64,000 nucleotides of DNA from Rhizodiscina lignyota. Lineage: Eukaryota. The stretch is from NCBI GenBank assembly GCA_010015805.1, contig ML978121.1, positions 3,720,001 through 3,784,000 on the forward strand, given 5' to 3'. Under the pieces are notes generated by a model. It saw only the letters and a program-made list of their open reading frames with translations. It ran no database searches and had not been told where the DNA came from. The stretch's first letter is position 1. Every line of letters begins with the position of its first letter. Below, piece by piece: positions 1 through 10,851 of this stretch. A program made the translations under genes and the position numbers.

Positions 1-1147
1 CCCCAGCCGCGTGGGACTAGTGGGATCATCTCTTTCACTACGCTCAACTCGCTACATGAGCGCGGTTTAGGAAGTAAATGGCTTACAAATTGCCTGGATT
101 ATGACATGGCAATGTGGTATTCCATCTCGAACCTTCGTGCCGGACTGCATCCTGCTATGCAAGACTAGTGTACGGAACGCACCTTCACGGGGCACGAATG
201 CGACATGTTGAGAAGAGCTCGCATAGCTTCAACATATCGGTCATGGTCACCGACTCGATGAGGTCACCCGGAACTTGTACGCGCTGAATAGCCTGAACAG
301 CGGTTTTACTCTCGAAGACTTTACCACGTAAGGTAACAGGAGAGCTCGATCGTTTTGTACCGTATCTATCGGCTAAAAGCATACCATTGTTTTGTAACGT
401 CTTTAACAATATGACAAAGAGGTCCACTAAATGCTACAGCCGAGATCGCGTGCGTGCTAACTCGTCCTTTCCGGATAGACTGAGCTCATCTTGATAGCGC
501 TTCTGTCTATACTTCACGGAGTAACTCGACGCGCCCCAATAGTGTTAAGTCAGGCCGAGTTGGTAAAGCCGCCAAAAATACGTACTGTGACATGTGCAAG
601 AAGGAATTCGGAATAACGCCCCACCATGGGAAGCATATTCGAGGCATTCACGATAAATTCCGTTATGTTTGCGAACAATCGGAAAGAGGTATCGCAGGGA
701 CAAGTATTTGAAGAGACATGTGAAGACGAGGCATCAAATCGTGGGCTGAGGGCAGTGAAGGGGCGTGAAATTTGTTTGTCTAATTCCTTTAAACTAAAAT
801 TTCTGTCTTGCATGGCGGCTAGGCAGGTATAACGAGGTAAGTCCCTTTACTGGGCATGAAAATAACAGCTCTTGTACCGACAAGTAACCAAAAATAGGGC
901 AAGCGATCATGCAGTCGCAGCATACGGTCGAGTACCGGTTTAGTATTTCCAGGAAACCATTTCTGGGACTTCCGGCTCCTCCTGGTCTCCGCTCGACACA
1001 GACGTCCAACCTCATCCACTCTACATACCTAGGAATCAGCAATAGCAAGCCGTCCCTAAGAGAGATAATAAACAAGTACTCGAAAGACGTACGGGTGAGT
1101 TCGAGGGAATATCGGATCTAAGCCGAGCAGAATTGACGTTGAATACT

Positions 1148-2813
1148 TTAACCCTTCTTGGAAACGCCGTTGACCTTCTCCAGTTCCTCTCTGGCACCGT
1201 CCCAGGGTTTTCGTTTCCCTTCATCAAAGAGCCTCATAATGTGTGGACTCATCAGGCCGTCCAATACCAGGCGGCAGAGTGCTCTATCGTTCCACCAAAA
1301 CTTCCAGCCTTCGACGCCATATCCAATTCGCTTTACAAGTCCCAGTCCAGCAGCCTGATCAGCCCACTTGAACCAATCCCAATTATTTCTGAAATTGGTG
1401 TTGAAGAGATCGCCGGTGCTTGCAATCTTACAAACGACTTCATGTTGTGCGTCGACGTGCTTGTTCATTTCTTCCAGTGACGGTAAGGAAGAATTGCCTT
1501 TCCATACTTGCGCAACGGCCATGGAGCATAGGTCGTAATTCAAACATGCCTGAGGCGTAAATGGACTTGTGCCCAGTATCGCGAAGCTGTCCGGATAATC
1601 GAGACTGAAGAGACCTTGGTACAATCGCGGGAGAGGCCGTCCATTGGCGCCTTTGAGTGTTGGCCAGTCTTTCCGCGTGTCTCTGCATGGATTAACAGCT
1701 GCATCGATGATTGAGTAATTTGCGCGAAAGCCCGTGCAGAAGATGATGGCATCGATGTTTTCGACATGTGAGCCGTCGTATAGCTCGAGAGTACCGCCAT
1801 TGACGCGTTTGAGGCCTGAGAGAAGTCCAATTTTCCCTGCATGGAGGTAAGGTACAAGATCTTCATTCATGGTCGGCCCGCCCCGTGTTGGTAGAGGGAA
1901 CGGATGAAGGTTCCACTCCGGTTTGACTTCCCATGTCTTGTCTTGAATTTTCTTCAAGCCAAATAACGCAGCCCGCTGAGAGAGATTTGGGAAGTACTTG
2001 TTGAAGAGACCAGCGAAAACAGTAAGCCGCATGCTAATAATATGATCTGCAGGTTTGCCGTTTCGATTGCGAGACAACTATACATTTCGTCAGAAATTTC
2101 CCAAGTTTCTCAGCAAAATCGCAGTTGATGATTCTCACAATAGCATGACCTCTGCGATGAGACAAGTAAACTTTGCTAGCATGTCCAACAAGATCGCAAG
2201 CGACATCTGGCCCCGTGTTCCCCATTCCGACGACCACAACAGTCTTTCCATTGAATGGCTCAGGGCCCTTGTACTCGTTCGAGTGCATAGCCAGACCAGT
2301 AAACGTATCAATGCCTTCGATCTTGGGCATTTTTGGCTCTTGTACCTGTAAGCCATGACACAAGGCAACCTTATCAAAGGTCGCCGTCTCCACTTGCTCT
2401 TTTCCGCGCGGCCTGAAACTGATCTCCCATCCATCATTGCTCTTGCTCCTTGAAATCTTTTCCACTGGCATGCCCAGTTTCACGCGATCGAGGAGACCAA
2501 ATGCCTTGGCATATTCCTCAAAATACTGCGCAAACTGGTCTGCTGTAGCGTAATTGCCTACTACACTATCCGAAAATGGAAAGTCGGTATAGCAGCCTCC
2601 TTGCTTCGACAAATTGGCGATGGTAGTTTTGAGCACCGTCGTTTTGTTCTCAGGACTGAACTTCCAAAGACCTCCCATATAGTCGTTCCGTTCGAAGCCG
2701 ACGGCGTCGAAGCCGGCTTCGAGGAGGTTCTTCAGCGTGACAAGACCACAAGCGCCGAGCCCAATGACCGCGACGCGAGCGGCTGGCCCTCGCTTTGTTG
2801 TAGTATCCGTCAT
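1148..2813 (-). CDS. Flavin-containing monooxygenase (FMO, class B), 2 exons
   Basis: FAD motif VIGLGACG, FMO fingerprint FTGLAMHSNEY (FxGxxxHxxxY), NADPH motif VGMGNTG, and CTGF. GT-AG intron 2078-2138 joins the two ORFs in frame. Confidence 0.93.
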
Positions 2814-3084
2814 GATAGAGCTATTGCTAAACCGCTGAACAGCCCATATCGTGCGTTTAATACTCGTCTACGGGGTATTCTTGGCTGCATTGTGGTGATT
2901 GGGAGATTGCAAAACATGGGTACGAAGCGGCCGACCCCCTGCCTGTTATACGGACGAATATCAGGGTAAGAAAGTAAGACGGCAAATCTGCGGGTAATCT
3001 TCGCTTGTATGAATGTGGTGTTTCCACGCGCTCCAGGGGAGCAGATAGGCGTGGTAGGCTCCACCAAAAACGCAACCCTCGCTC

Positions 3085-3837
3085 CTAATCCCAAACATTG
3101 TCAAGCCAACCTAACGCAAAGCCTTTCACCAATGCCGGATATTCCTCTTTTGGAAGGATCTTTCTACGTCTACACGCATCAATGAACCTGCTGAAGTTTG
3201 GGTACCCGCTTAAAGGATCCTTCCCGCACAGTCCGGCACAGTATTCCCACGATGCAAAAAGGGCGATATCCGCAATCGTCATGGCCCCTTCCTTTCCCTC
3301 TGCAATCCCGCTGAAGTCTGCGACTTCTGGCAGCACTTTTTCGAGAGGTTCTAGAACTCGAAACCTAACTGCGGCCTCCATATCCTTTGCTGTTCTTTGG
3401 TTCGCCGTAGTGCCGCGTGCTCTTGCTATGGTTTCGCTCCCAAAGGCCGCATTGACTGCAAAGAGCTCGAATAGCGTGTCTGCCCAGTACAGAACTCCGC
3501 GGATCATAGCACGTCGAATAATATCATCCTCTGGGCCGCGGAAAGATGGGACGGGACTGGCGTCCGAGTTGGCGTCACAGTAGTCCTCGAGCATCTCGAG
3601 CATTGCGGACGACTGCTCAACCCAGATGTATTCTGTTGGTTTATCGGGCCTCGATATTGCCATTATAGGGCTGAAGTTCCCCCTTTTTGGTGGATATCCT
3701 TTGGCCTTGACGTCTTCATCCGATTCGGCAACATAAACAAGGGAAGGAGATATTCTCTTTTCTGCAAGATATATGCGAATACGCCTGCCTGCAGGAAGCC
3801 AATCAGGGTAAGCATAGAGGATAAATCGATGTGTCAT
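3085..3837 (-). CDS. Glutathione S-transferase-like protein
   Basis: N-terminal 'YAYPDWLPAGRRIRIYLAEK', QSSAMLEMLE and the C-terminal 'TIADIAL' N-capping motif. The likely start is the internal ATG at 3837 (MTHRF), not 4002. Confidence 0.8.
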   Translation of the reverse strand: MTHRFILYAYPDWLPAGRRIRIYLAEKRISPSLVYVAESDEDVKAKGYPPKRGNFSPIMAISRPDKPTEYIWVEQSSAMLEMLEDYCDANSDASPVPSFRGPEDDIIRRAMIRGVLYWADTLFELFAVNAAFGSETIARARGTTANQRTAKDMEAAVRFRVLEPLEKVLPEVADFSGIAEGKEGAMTIADIALFASWEYCAGLCGKDPLSGYPNFSRFIDACRRRKILPKEEYPALVKGFALGWLDNVWD

Positions 3838-4263
3838 TGGTAGTATGATTTGTAAAAGCTTGTTGTGATAGCTAGAGTAGCCAAATGAGTTACCAACAGG
3901 CCTCATTTTATATACTGACAACGTCGGAGAGTTTCCAAGAGACTGGCTGACTTGAAACGAAGATCTTTCAACGATCGTCTCCGGGCAAGGACACGAGGCC
4001 ATGATTGGAAGGATCGTCTGGCAAGGCGATGCGCAGGGGGCGATTGGGGATTACCGCTTACATCTCACTGCCGAAGTCCACTCCTGCCTATTTCTCGCTT
4101 CCTCGTCTAAGGTATGTTCTAGCGACTTGAAATTCTGGAGGAACAAAATGAATTACGTGATGCTCAACATAACATGAATTGTTCCAAGCTTCGTTACTTC
4201 GTTCTTCACATTCCAGCCATTGCATTGATCTCCCCAGCCCCGACCTCGCGTCCGAGTCCGCAC

Positions 4264-5352
4264 TCATTTATGCTTGCAATACTCTTCTGGCGTCGAGCAC
4301 AGGTTTCGCACAATCACATTTCCCGTACCAGTTGTATTAACGTATATGTCGACGTCATTGTGGAAAAGAATGTTGTGGTCGATCACATTGCCAGACGCAA
4401 TAGACACAGGAGTCGTCGTTGGGTCGTCAATTATCGCAATACCCACGGCAGTTCCACCATTGGTCAGCCCTTCGACGACGTTCTGTTCGACTTTCGTGTT
4501 TACGGCACCGTCCACAAACACTCCGCCAGCAGGAAGTTCTTTGGGGCAAGCCGGGTTGAGGGTGCTGATATGGTTTCGGCGGACCTTCGCGCCCTTTACG
4601 CCCGGATCGACGAAGACACCATTGCAGGTGTTTCTGACCGTATTCATTCGAACGTCCGCCCCATCGGTCTGAACACAAAGGCCAACATAATACCCGGAAA
4701 TGTGATTGCTAAAAACTGCAGCGTTGGCCATGTCGTCCATGCACATGCCAATGAAAAGCAGATTGCTCGTGGAGGTGACCACGTTGTCATGGGCTCGGGT
4801 TCCCTTCGAGCCAGCCGTTAGGAATCCATACTGTGCGCCATCCACGAGTTCGTTTCTTGTCACATGAGCGTTGTGACCACCGACCACGGCTATGTTTTCC
4901 CCAGAGAAGTTGCGGACCTGGAAGCCGGAAATGAGGACATCCTGGACGGGGCGAGTTACGGACAGAACTTTCCGGTGCTCAACTTGAAAGGCAGCCAAGT
5001 CGACTCCAGATCCTGTAACACAAATGCCGGCTTGCGTGTCGGGGCCCGCAAGGCCCGAACATGTGTTCTGGATCGGAGAAGGAGGCGGAATCAGAATTGC
5101 ATCAGAGCCGATCAAGGCGATTCCATCCGTTTCGATGGTCAGCTGCTCTGCATATGTTCCAGCTTCAACGAATATACGATCCCCACGATGGGCCGCATTG
5201 ATGGCGGTCTGAATACGCTGGCCAGATTGGACATGTTTAACCCTGCCTCTCCCGTGATGGGAACTGACGTGCCCGATCAAGATCGAAAAGACTGCAGCTA
5301 GGACGAGTATGAAACGTCCTACAAGTAAGTATTGTGAAGCCATTGGTGCCAT
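4264..5352 (-). CDS. Secreted right-handed parallel beta-helix (pectin lyase-like fold) protein
   Basis: Hydrophobic signal peptide, 'GQRIQTAINAAHRGDRIFVEAGTYAEQL' beta-helix cap, and repeated N/G-rich beta-coil units. Intronless 362-aa ORF. Confidence 0.8.
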   Translation of the reverse strand: MAPMASQYLLVGRFILVLAAVFSILIGHVSSHHGRGRVKHVQSGQRIQTAINAAHRGDRIFVEAGTYAEQLTIETDGIALIGSDAILIPPPSPIQNTCSGLAGPDTQAGICVTGSGVDLAAFQVEHRKVLSVTRPVQDVLISGFQVRNFSGENIAVVGGHNAHVTRNELVDGAQYGFLTAGSKGTRAHDNVVTSTSNLLFIGMCMDDMANAAVFSNHISGYYVGLCVQTDGADVRMNTVRNTCNGVFVDPGVKGAKVRRNHISTLNPACPKELPAGGVFVDGAVNTKVEQNVVEGLTNGGTAVGIAIIDDPTTTPVSIASGNVIDHNILFHNDVDIYVNTTGTGNVIVRNLCSTPEEYCKHK

Positions 5353-7224
5353 TGAGGTTTTGGTTCGATTCTGTTTAACTGTGAGTGGGAAATTGCCTGG
5401 CTTTCTGAAACGTGCAAATTTCGAGACACAGCAAGGAGACTATGGCGAAGAGACAACGCAGGCATTAAGAGGGGCACATATTTCAGCTTCTAACGCCTAC
5501 ACCCAAGAGAAACGAAGAGGCGTGTGACAATTGCTCTTTCTAATTGGAAATGATGTGAGTAACAAAGCGGAACAGACTGAACAATGAGAGCACACTAGTA
5601 CCATCCTGAATATCACAAGCGAAGGGCTAAAAAGGAGTAAGTCCAGCAAGCCTAGTTGCAATTCCCATAGGTTTGTCTTGAAGAAGTGCTGGCTTTGAAT
5701 TGGCTGAAATGTGCCGCTTGACAAAACCTTTTGCCAACAAGATATTTAAGCAACCACCTAATAGAACTGACATCGCTTGATCGCTTGGCCTGAGAGAGAG
5801 TGCCCAATTAGACATTGCCACCGGAAGCTTAACATTAAGAAATGCATAAGCCACTTGTGGAAAAGCGATTTCCCCGCACGTATCTTTTTCAGCCCGGCTC
5901 GTGAGCTGAAGTGCATGCGAGTTTCGGTGTGAGTCTAGACTCTCGGCCGGCTTTGGCAAGCTTGATGAAGCTGATTCTAGCGTTATTGGATAAGTTGCTT
6001 TCCCGTCTTTTTGTGACTTCAAGTTGGATCATCTCGAGCCCGTCATCTCAATGGGCGCCAAGACGATGGTTCGTAACTGCAAAGCGTACCGCGACATCAG
6101 CTAGTGTTTGTGGCTTTATTTGAATACTACGCTTGCGATTCAGTCTGCGCTTTCTTGCGGGCACGATACGTTCAGGCTCATCTTCACTTCTTGGTGCAAT
6201 TCCCATTTTGGAATGGAGGGACTTTGAGGAAGGCGGCCGTCTCGAGACAAAGTGACTGAGCTTCGGGAGGATTTTAGCAAGTGTAGATAGACACGGATTG
6301 GAAAGGAAGGGCAATCCTCGTCCAGGGGGAGCCCCTTGCGGCTAGGGCATTTCCGGCCTCGGTACAGAAGTACCCCTATCACAGGGGCCTAGCACAGTGG
6401 TTTATTCATTTTTCGGTGCTTCGCCACCCAAGGTTAGGTGCCCTCGCCCCCCGGAGTTTAGGGGGAGTTTAGGTACCAAAACCGGGAATGCCAGGTACCC
6501 GCAGATCAGCCGATTTAGGGCGTCGCGTGCTTTTCGCGTTCTCAGGGGTGCCCAGAGCGGCCTAGTGTGCAGCAGGCACGCGCGCTCGTGCAGTTTAGCC
6601 TCGTTTTCTCCTTTAGCCGTATAGGTTTCTCTCTTCAATCAATCAACGATATTCGCCACTTCGTGCTCTCTGCGTGCTCTGACACGTGTAATGCCTTAAA
6701 ATTAAAGGATAAGTGTACCGACTAGTAGATACGTCGGGGAGCTAAATTCCTTAGGGTGCTATGTATTCAGCCAGATTAGCCGGCTGCTGTGTTGAGGAGA
6801 AATGGCGATGTAGTAGCGCTTTAACCGCTCCATCTCCATCCAAACTTTCCCTACCTTTCGACTTCCGCGCGATCATTTCCCGTTCTGTGGGATCCTCCAT
6901 CGAAACAGTCAACTTCGAACATGGAACTTGTCACTCCACTTTGAGCATCTGTTTTTCCTGAGGAGATTGAGTGGATCTGCCGGACTATTAACGGCCATGT
7001 ACCCCTCGTTTGACCCAATTAGGATGTATGAACAGCGTAATGAACTACCTCTGGTACCTGTCAGGCTGTTCTCCTCCTGAAGCCTCGTCTTGATTTTCGA
7101 AAGGCCATTGCTAACACACTCGACCCCGCCTCTGAATATAAAGGTATGGCATTCTGGGATCTTTCAGTCATGTCGAACCTCACAGAGACGCAAACAATTG
7201 CGTAACCTGCGTTCTTGTTTCAAC

Positions 7225-9866
7225 ATGTTGTGTGATTATCTACTGCTTTACGTATTCAGCGTTCTGTACATAGGGGATAGTGCTCACGCGGCTCAAATCG
7301 AGAGGCCAGACTCCGCCTCTCACCCTTCCCGGATCTGGACGTCCACACCAGCCACGTATCTCAACGACTCGCATGTACTAGGAAACGGGCGGGTCGGAGC
7401 AGCCCCCCTCGGGGCAGTGCCGACAGACACGATCTATATTAATGAAGATTCACTGTGGTCCGGCGGTCATCTGCACCGCGTCAATCCAGATGGCGCGCAA
7501 GCAGTCTCTCAAATGCAGGACTTGGTGGTGCAGGGCAGGGTGCCTGAAGCGCTGACACTAGCGGGATTCAGCTATGTTGGTACGCCTGTGGCGATGCAGC
7601 ACTACGACCCGCTGGGCTCTATCACACTTGCCATGAATCACAGCTCTGAGTACGCGGACTACGAGCGGTGGATGGATCTTGCGGACGGCACCTCGGGATT
7701 ATATTACACGGTGAACGAGACAGCGTACAGCAGGGAGTATTTTGCGAGTAACCCAGCCGGCGTGGTGGCGATTCGAGTGACGAGCAACACTTCTGCTGCT
7801 GTCTCTCTCAACCTCCATCTTGACAGAGGCTCCATCTTGGGAGGCTTGAACCGCTGGCAAGACTACAGTACGAGGGAAGGGGGTAACACAATTATCATGG
7901 GTGGGAGGTCTGGCGGCGAACATTCCATTGGTTTCAGTGCCGGTGTCACCGCAGTGGCATCAGGCGGGACCGTCTCGACAATGGGGGACTATCTAGTGGT
8001 TGAGAAGGCAGACGAAGCCTGGATCTATTTCAGTACTTGGACTACCTACCGCCAACAAGATCCTCGGCAGCAAGTTCTACGTGACCTTGCATCTGCCCGG
8101 ACACAGACATACCCAACAATCAGGTCCACTCATGTTGCAGATTATCAGGCCTACGCTGACCGTGTCAGTCTCAACCTGGGCAAATCTACACCCCAGCAGA
8201 GAGCCATGAACACGTCGGACCGCCTCGCCGCTTCTAAGGACAGGTTCGATCCCGAGTTGACGAGTCTGCTATTCCAGTTCGGCAGATACGCACTGATCGC
8301 CACCTCAAGAGAAGGCACGTTGCCGCCAAACCTGCAGGGCTTATGGAACACCGACTGGGATCCGGCTTGGGGCTCGAGATACAAACTCAATATCGACCTG
8401 CAGATGAACTACTGGCTGAGTCTCACGGCGAACCTGGCGGAGCTGGCGTCGCCCTTGCACGACCTCATCAACACCTTGTGCCAGAACGGCAGGGCCGTGG
8501 CGCGAGACATGTTCAATGCGTCAGGGTGCGTAGCGCACCACAACACCGACGTTTGGGCCGACCCGGCGCCGGAGGACAATTGGCCTTCCGCGACGTGGTG
8601 GCCAATGGGGCTGACATGGCTGGCCACGCACGTGATGGAGCACTACCGCTTCACCGGAGATGTCGACACGCTCGAGCACATGTATGCTGCGCTCGAAGGC
8701 GTGGCCCGGTTCGCAACCGATTTTCTAACCGACTACGAGGGTTGGAAAGTCACGAATCCGTCCCTGTCGCCCGAGAACACGTACTATCTAGACCCGGACA
8801 CCGAAGTGGCAATCACCCTCGGACCGACGAGCGACAATTCGATGCTGTGGGAGCTGTTTGGCGAGATTTTGGAGGCCCAGGCGGCGCTTGGTATGAATGA
8901 CACTGATTTCGCGGCACAGGTGACGAGTCTAAGGGCGCAGCTGCCGCCATTGCGGGTGAATCAATTCGGCGGCATCGCCGAGTGGATCAAAGACTATAAT
9001 GAGGTCTGTTGTTGTCCAACTCCTGCCTGGTTTACATTTCTCCCTGTTCTTTGTTTCTGATAGGACTTCAGACCGACCCGGGACATCGCCACTATTCTCA
9101 GCTGTGGGGATTATATCCAGGGTCTCAGATCACGGCTTCGAACAGCACTCTATTCGAGGCTTCGAATTCGAGTCTTCACAGACGTCTCAAGTATGGTATC
9201 CCTCAGTTCACATCTTCGTCCGGATTAATTGCGCCAATTCTCGTTTCATGCCCTAGCACAACACGTCATTAACACACTCTTTTGCACAGATACCAATCAG
9301 GGACGCCGAGTTGGTTCGACGCATACTCGGCCATCATCGCGGCGCGGGTGTTCGATGTAGAAATCATACACTCTACCCTCACACATCAGCTGTCCAACCA
9401 GACGTACGGCGGCTCAATGCTGGGCGTACACCCCGGAGGCCCGTTCCAAGTGACAGGAAACCTCGGGGTGACTGCGTCGATGACAGAAGCCCTCTTGCAG
9501 AGCCACGAGTCCATATCACTGACCAACCCGGATAAACCGACGCCGGCCTACACAGGCGATACAAACAAAGCCCATTTGATACGGTTGCTGCCGGTGATGC
9601 CGGCCGAATGGGCAGCTAACGGCGGCGGGTTCGTAAGGGGACTACTGGCGCGCGGAGGTTTCGAGGTCGACATAAGTTGGGATAGCGCGGGGAGGCTGGT
9701 AGAGGCCAATGTTACCTCACGCCTCGGTAATCCGGTTTGGATAACGCTGGGTACCGCCCCGGTGAGTGCGGCAGCGACGAAACTAGCGGTGAAAGGCTGC
9801 CAGACTGCCGATTTCGTCCTTCTGGAATCACAAAAGGGAAGTGTGCACCGCGTGACAATAGCCTAG
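7225..9866 (+). CDS. Glycoside hydrolase family 95 (alpha-L-fucosidase-like), secreted, 3 exons
   Basis: Motifs LGNGRVGA, INEDSLWSG, FQFGRY, PPNLQGLWN, QMNYW, SPEN, PGHRH and GLLARGG. Introns 9004-9071 and 9191-9289. Signal peptide from ATG 7225. Confidence 0.93.
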
Positions 9867-10851
9867 AGAAAGAAGAGAAAAGCTACAGCTGATGCGAGCC
9901 AATATCCAAGAAAATGTTTTCGTACTTTTATCCTCTAAACTAAACTCACATTTGCAAAAGCTTATTGAGTTTAAAAAGAGAGTATCATCATAGATTCTCG
10001 ACGGAGTATCCATAAGATAGGGTCACGTGACTGTGGAACTTGCTGAGCACGTGATTTGAGATATATCATGTAGGTAGCTACCTACTACCTCAACGTGAAT
10101 ATAATATATTTCGCCTACGATTACTTAGCTACTACCTCGCGGCCATAGAGTAACTACGCCCACTTCCTAATTTAGTAGGTCAGTTCCGCCCCATTCACTC
10201 AGCAAAATAACGCCCGGCTTAATCAAACTCCGCTTAGCTAGAAACGGGACCGCGAGCAGGGCATGAGCTAGGCTTCTCGTCGACTCCTCTTACACGCCAC
10301 GTCTTTTCGAATATTGTTAAGTCTACGCAGCTATGCCCTTTCTTCTTCTATGGCTATATAAAGCAAGTCAAACCCAACCAGAAAGACTTGTGTTCAAGGT
10401 GATCTATCGATGCTCAACTTGTACAAATCCGGAGAGCGTGGAGAGCTCGGATCAAAGGGTGAGGCAGAGGCCATTGATTCCATTTTTGATCGCCATTTTA
10501 ACTTTCACCTTAGGAATCTCCCCGTGCCAAGTGATGGACGCCTTTACAAGAGAATGTCTTCCACACCATCCGTGGGCTTCTCAAAGGATGGTAGGTCTTG
10601 CAAGAAGTTGGTCTTCCATATTTTCTGCGGGCTCTTGGAAGCGTGCCATTCCTATTACGAAGTTGCTCTTCCGTGCAGCCCACACATTGGCTGAAGTAAT
10701 GGACAGCTTTATGAGGGAAGTTCTTCCATGCTAGCCATGGGCCTTCTCGAAGCGCGCTGTCTTGTAAGAAGCAGCTCATCAACACTATCCGCGGGTTTCT
10801 AGAAGAGTGCTATATCCTGCGACAAGCTGTTCTTCCGCACAGCCCTTCAAT

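Noticed and set aside
4174..4821. Long antisense ORFs over real genes (also over the PKS, P450-2 and RPC4)
   Set aside because: Shadow ORFs arising from codon bias on the opposite strand.
10070..10085. Perfect 16-bp palindrome gtaggtagctacctac
   Set aside because: Low-complexity and isolated, with no supporting structure.
10333..10734. Overlapping short + strand ORFs downstream of the PKS, considered as a release enzyme
   Set aside because: No recognisable motif or splice structure.
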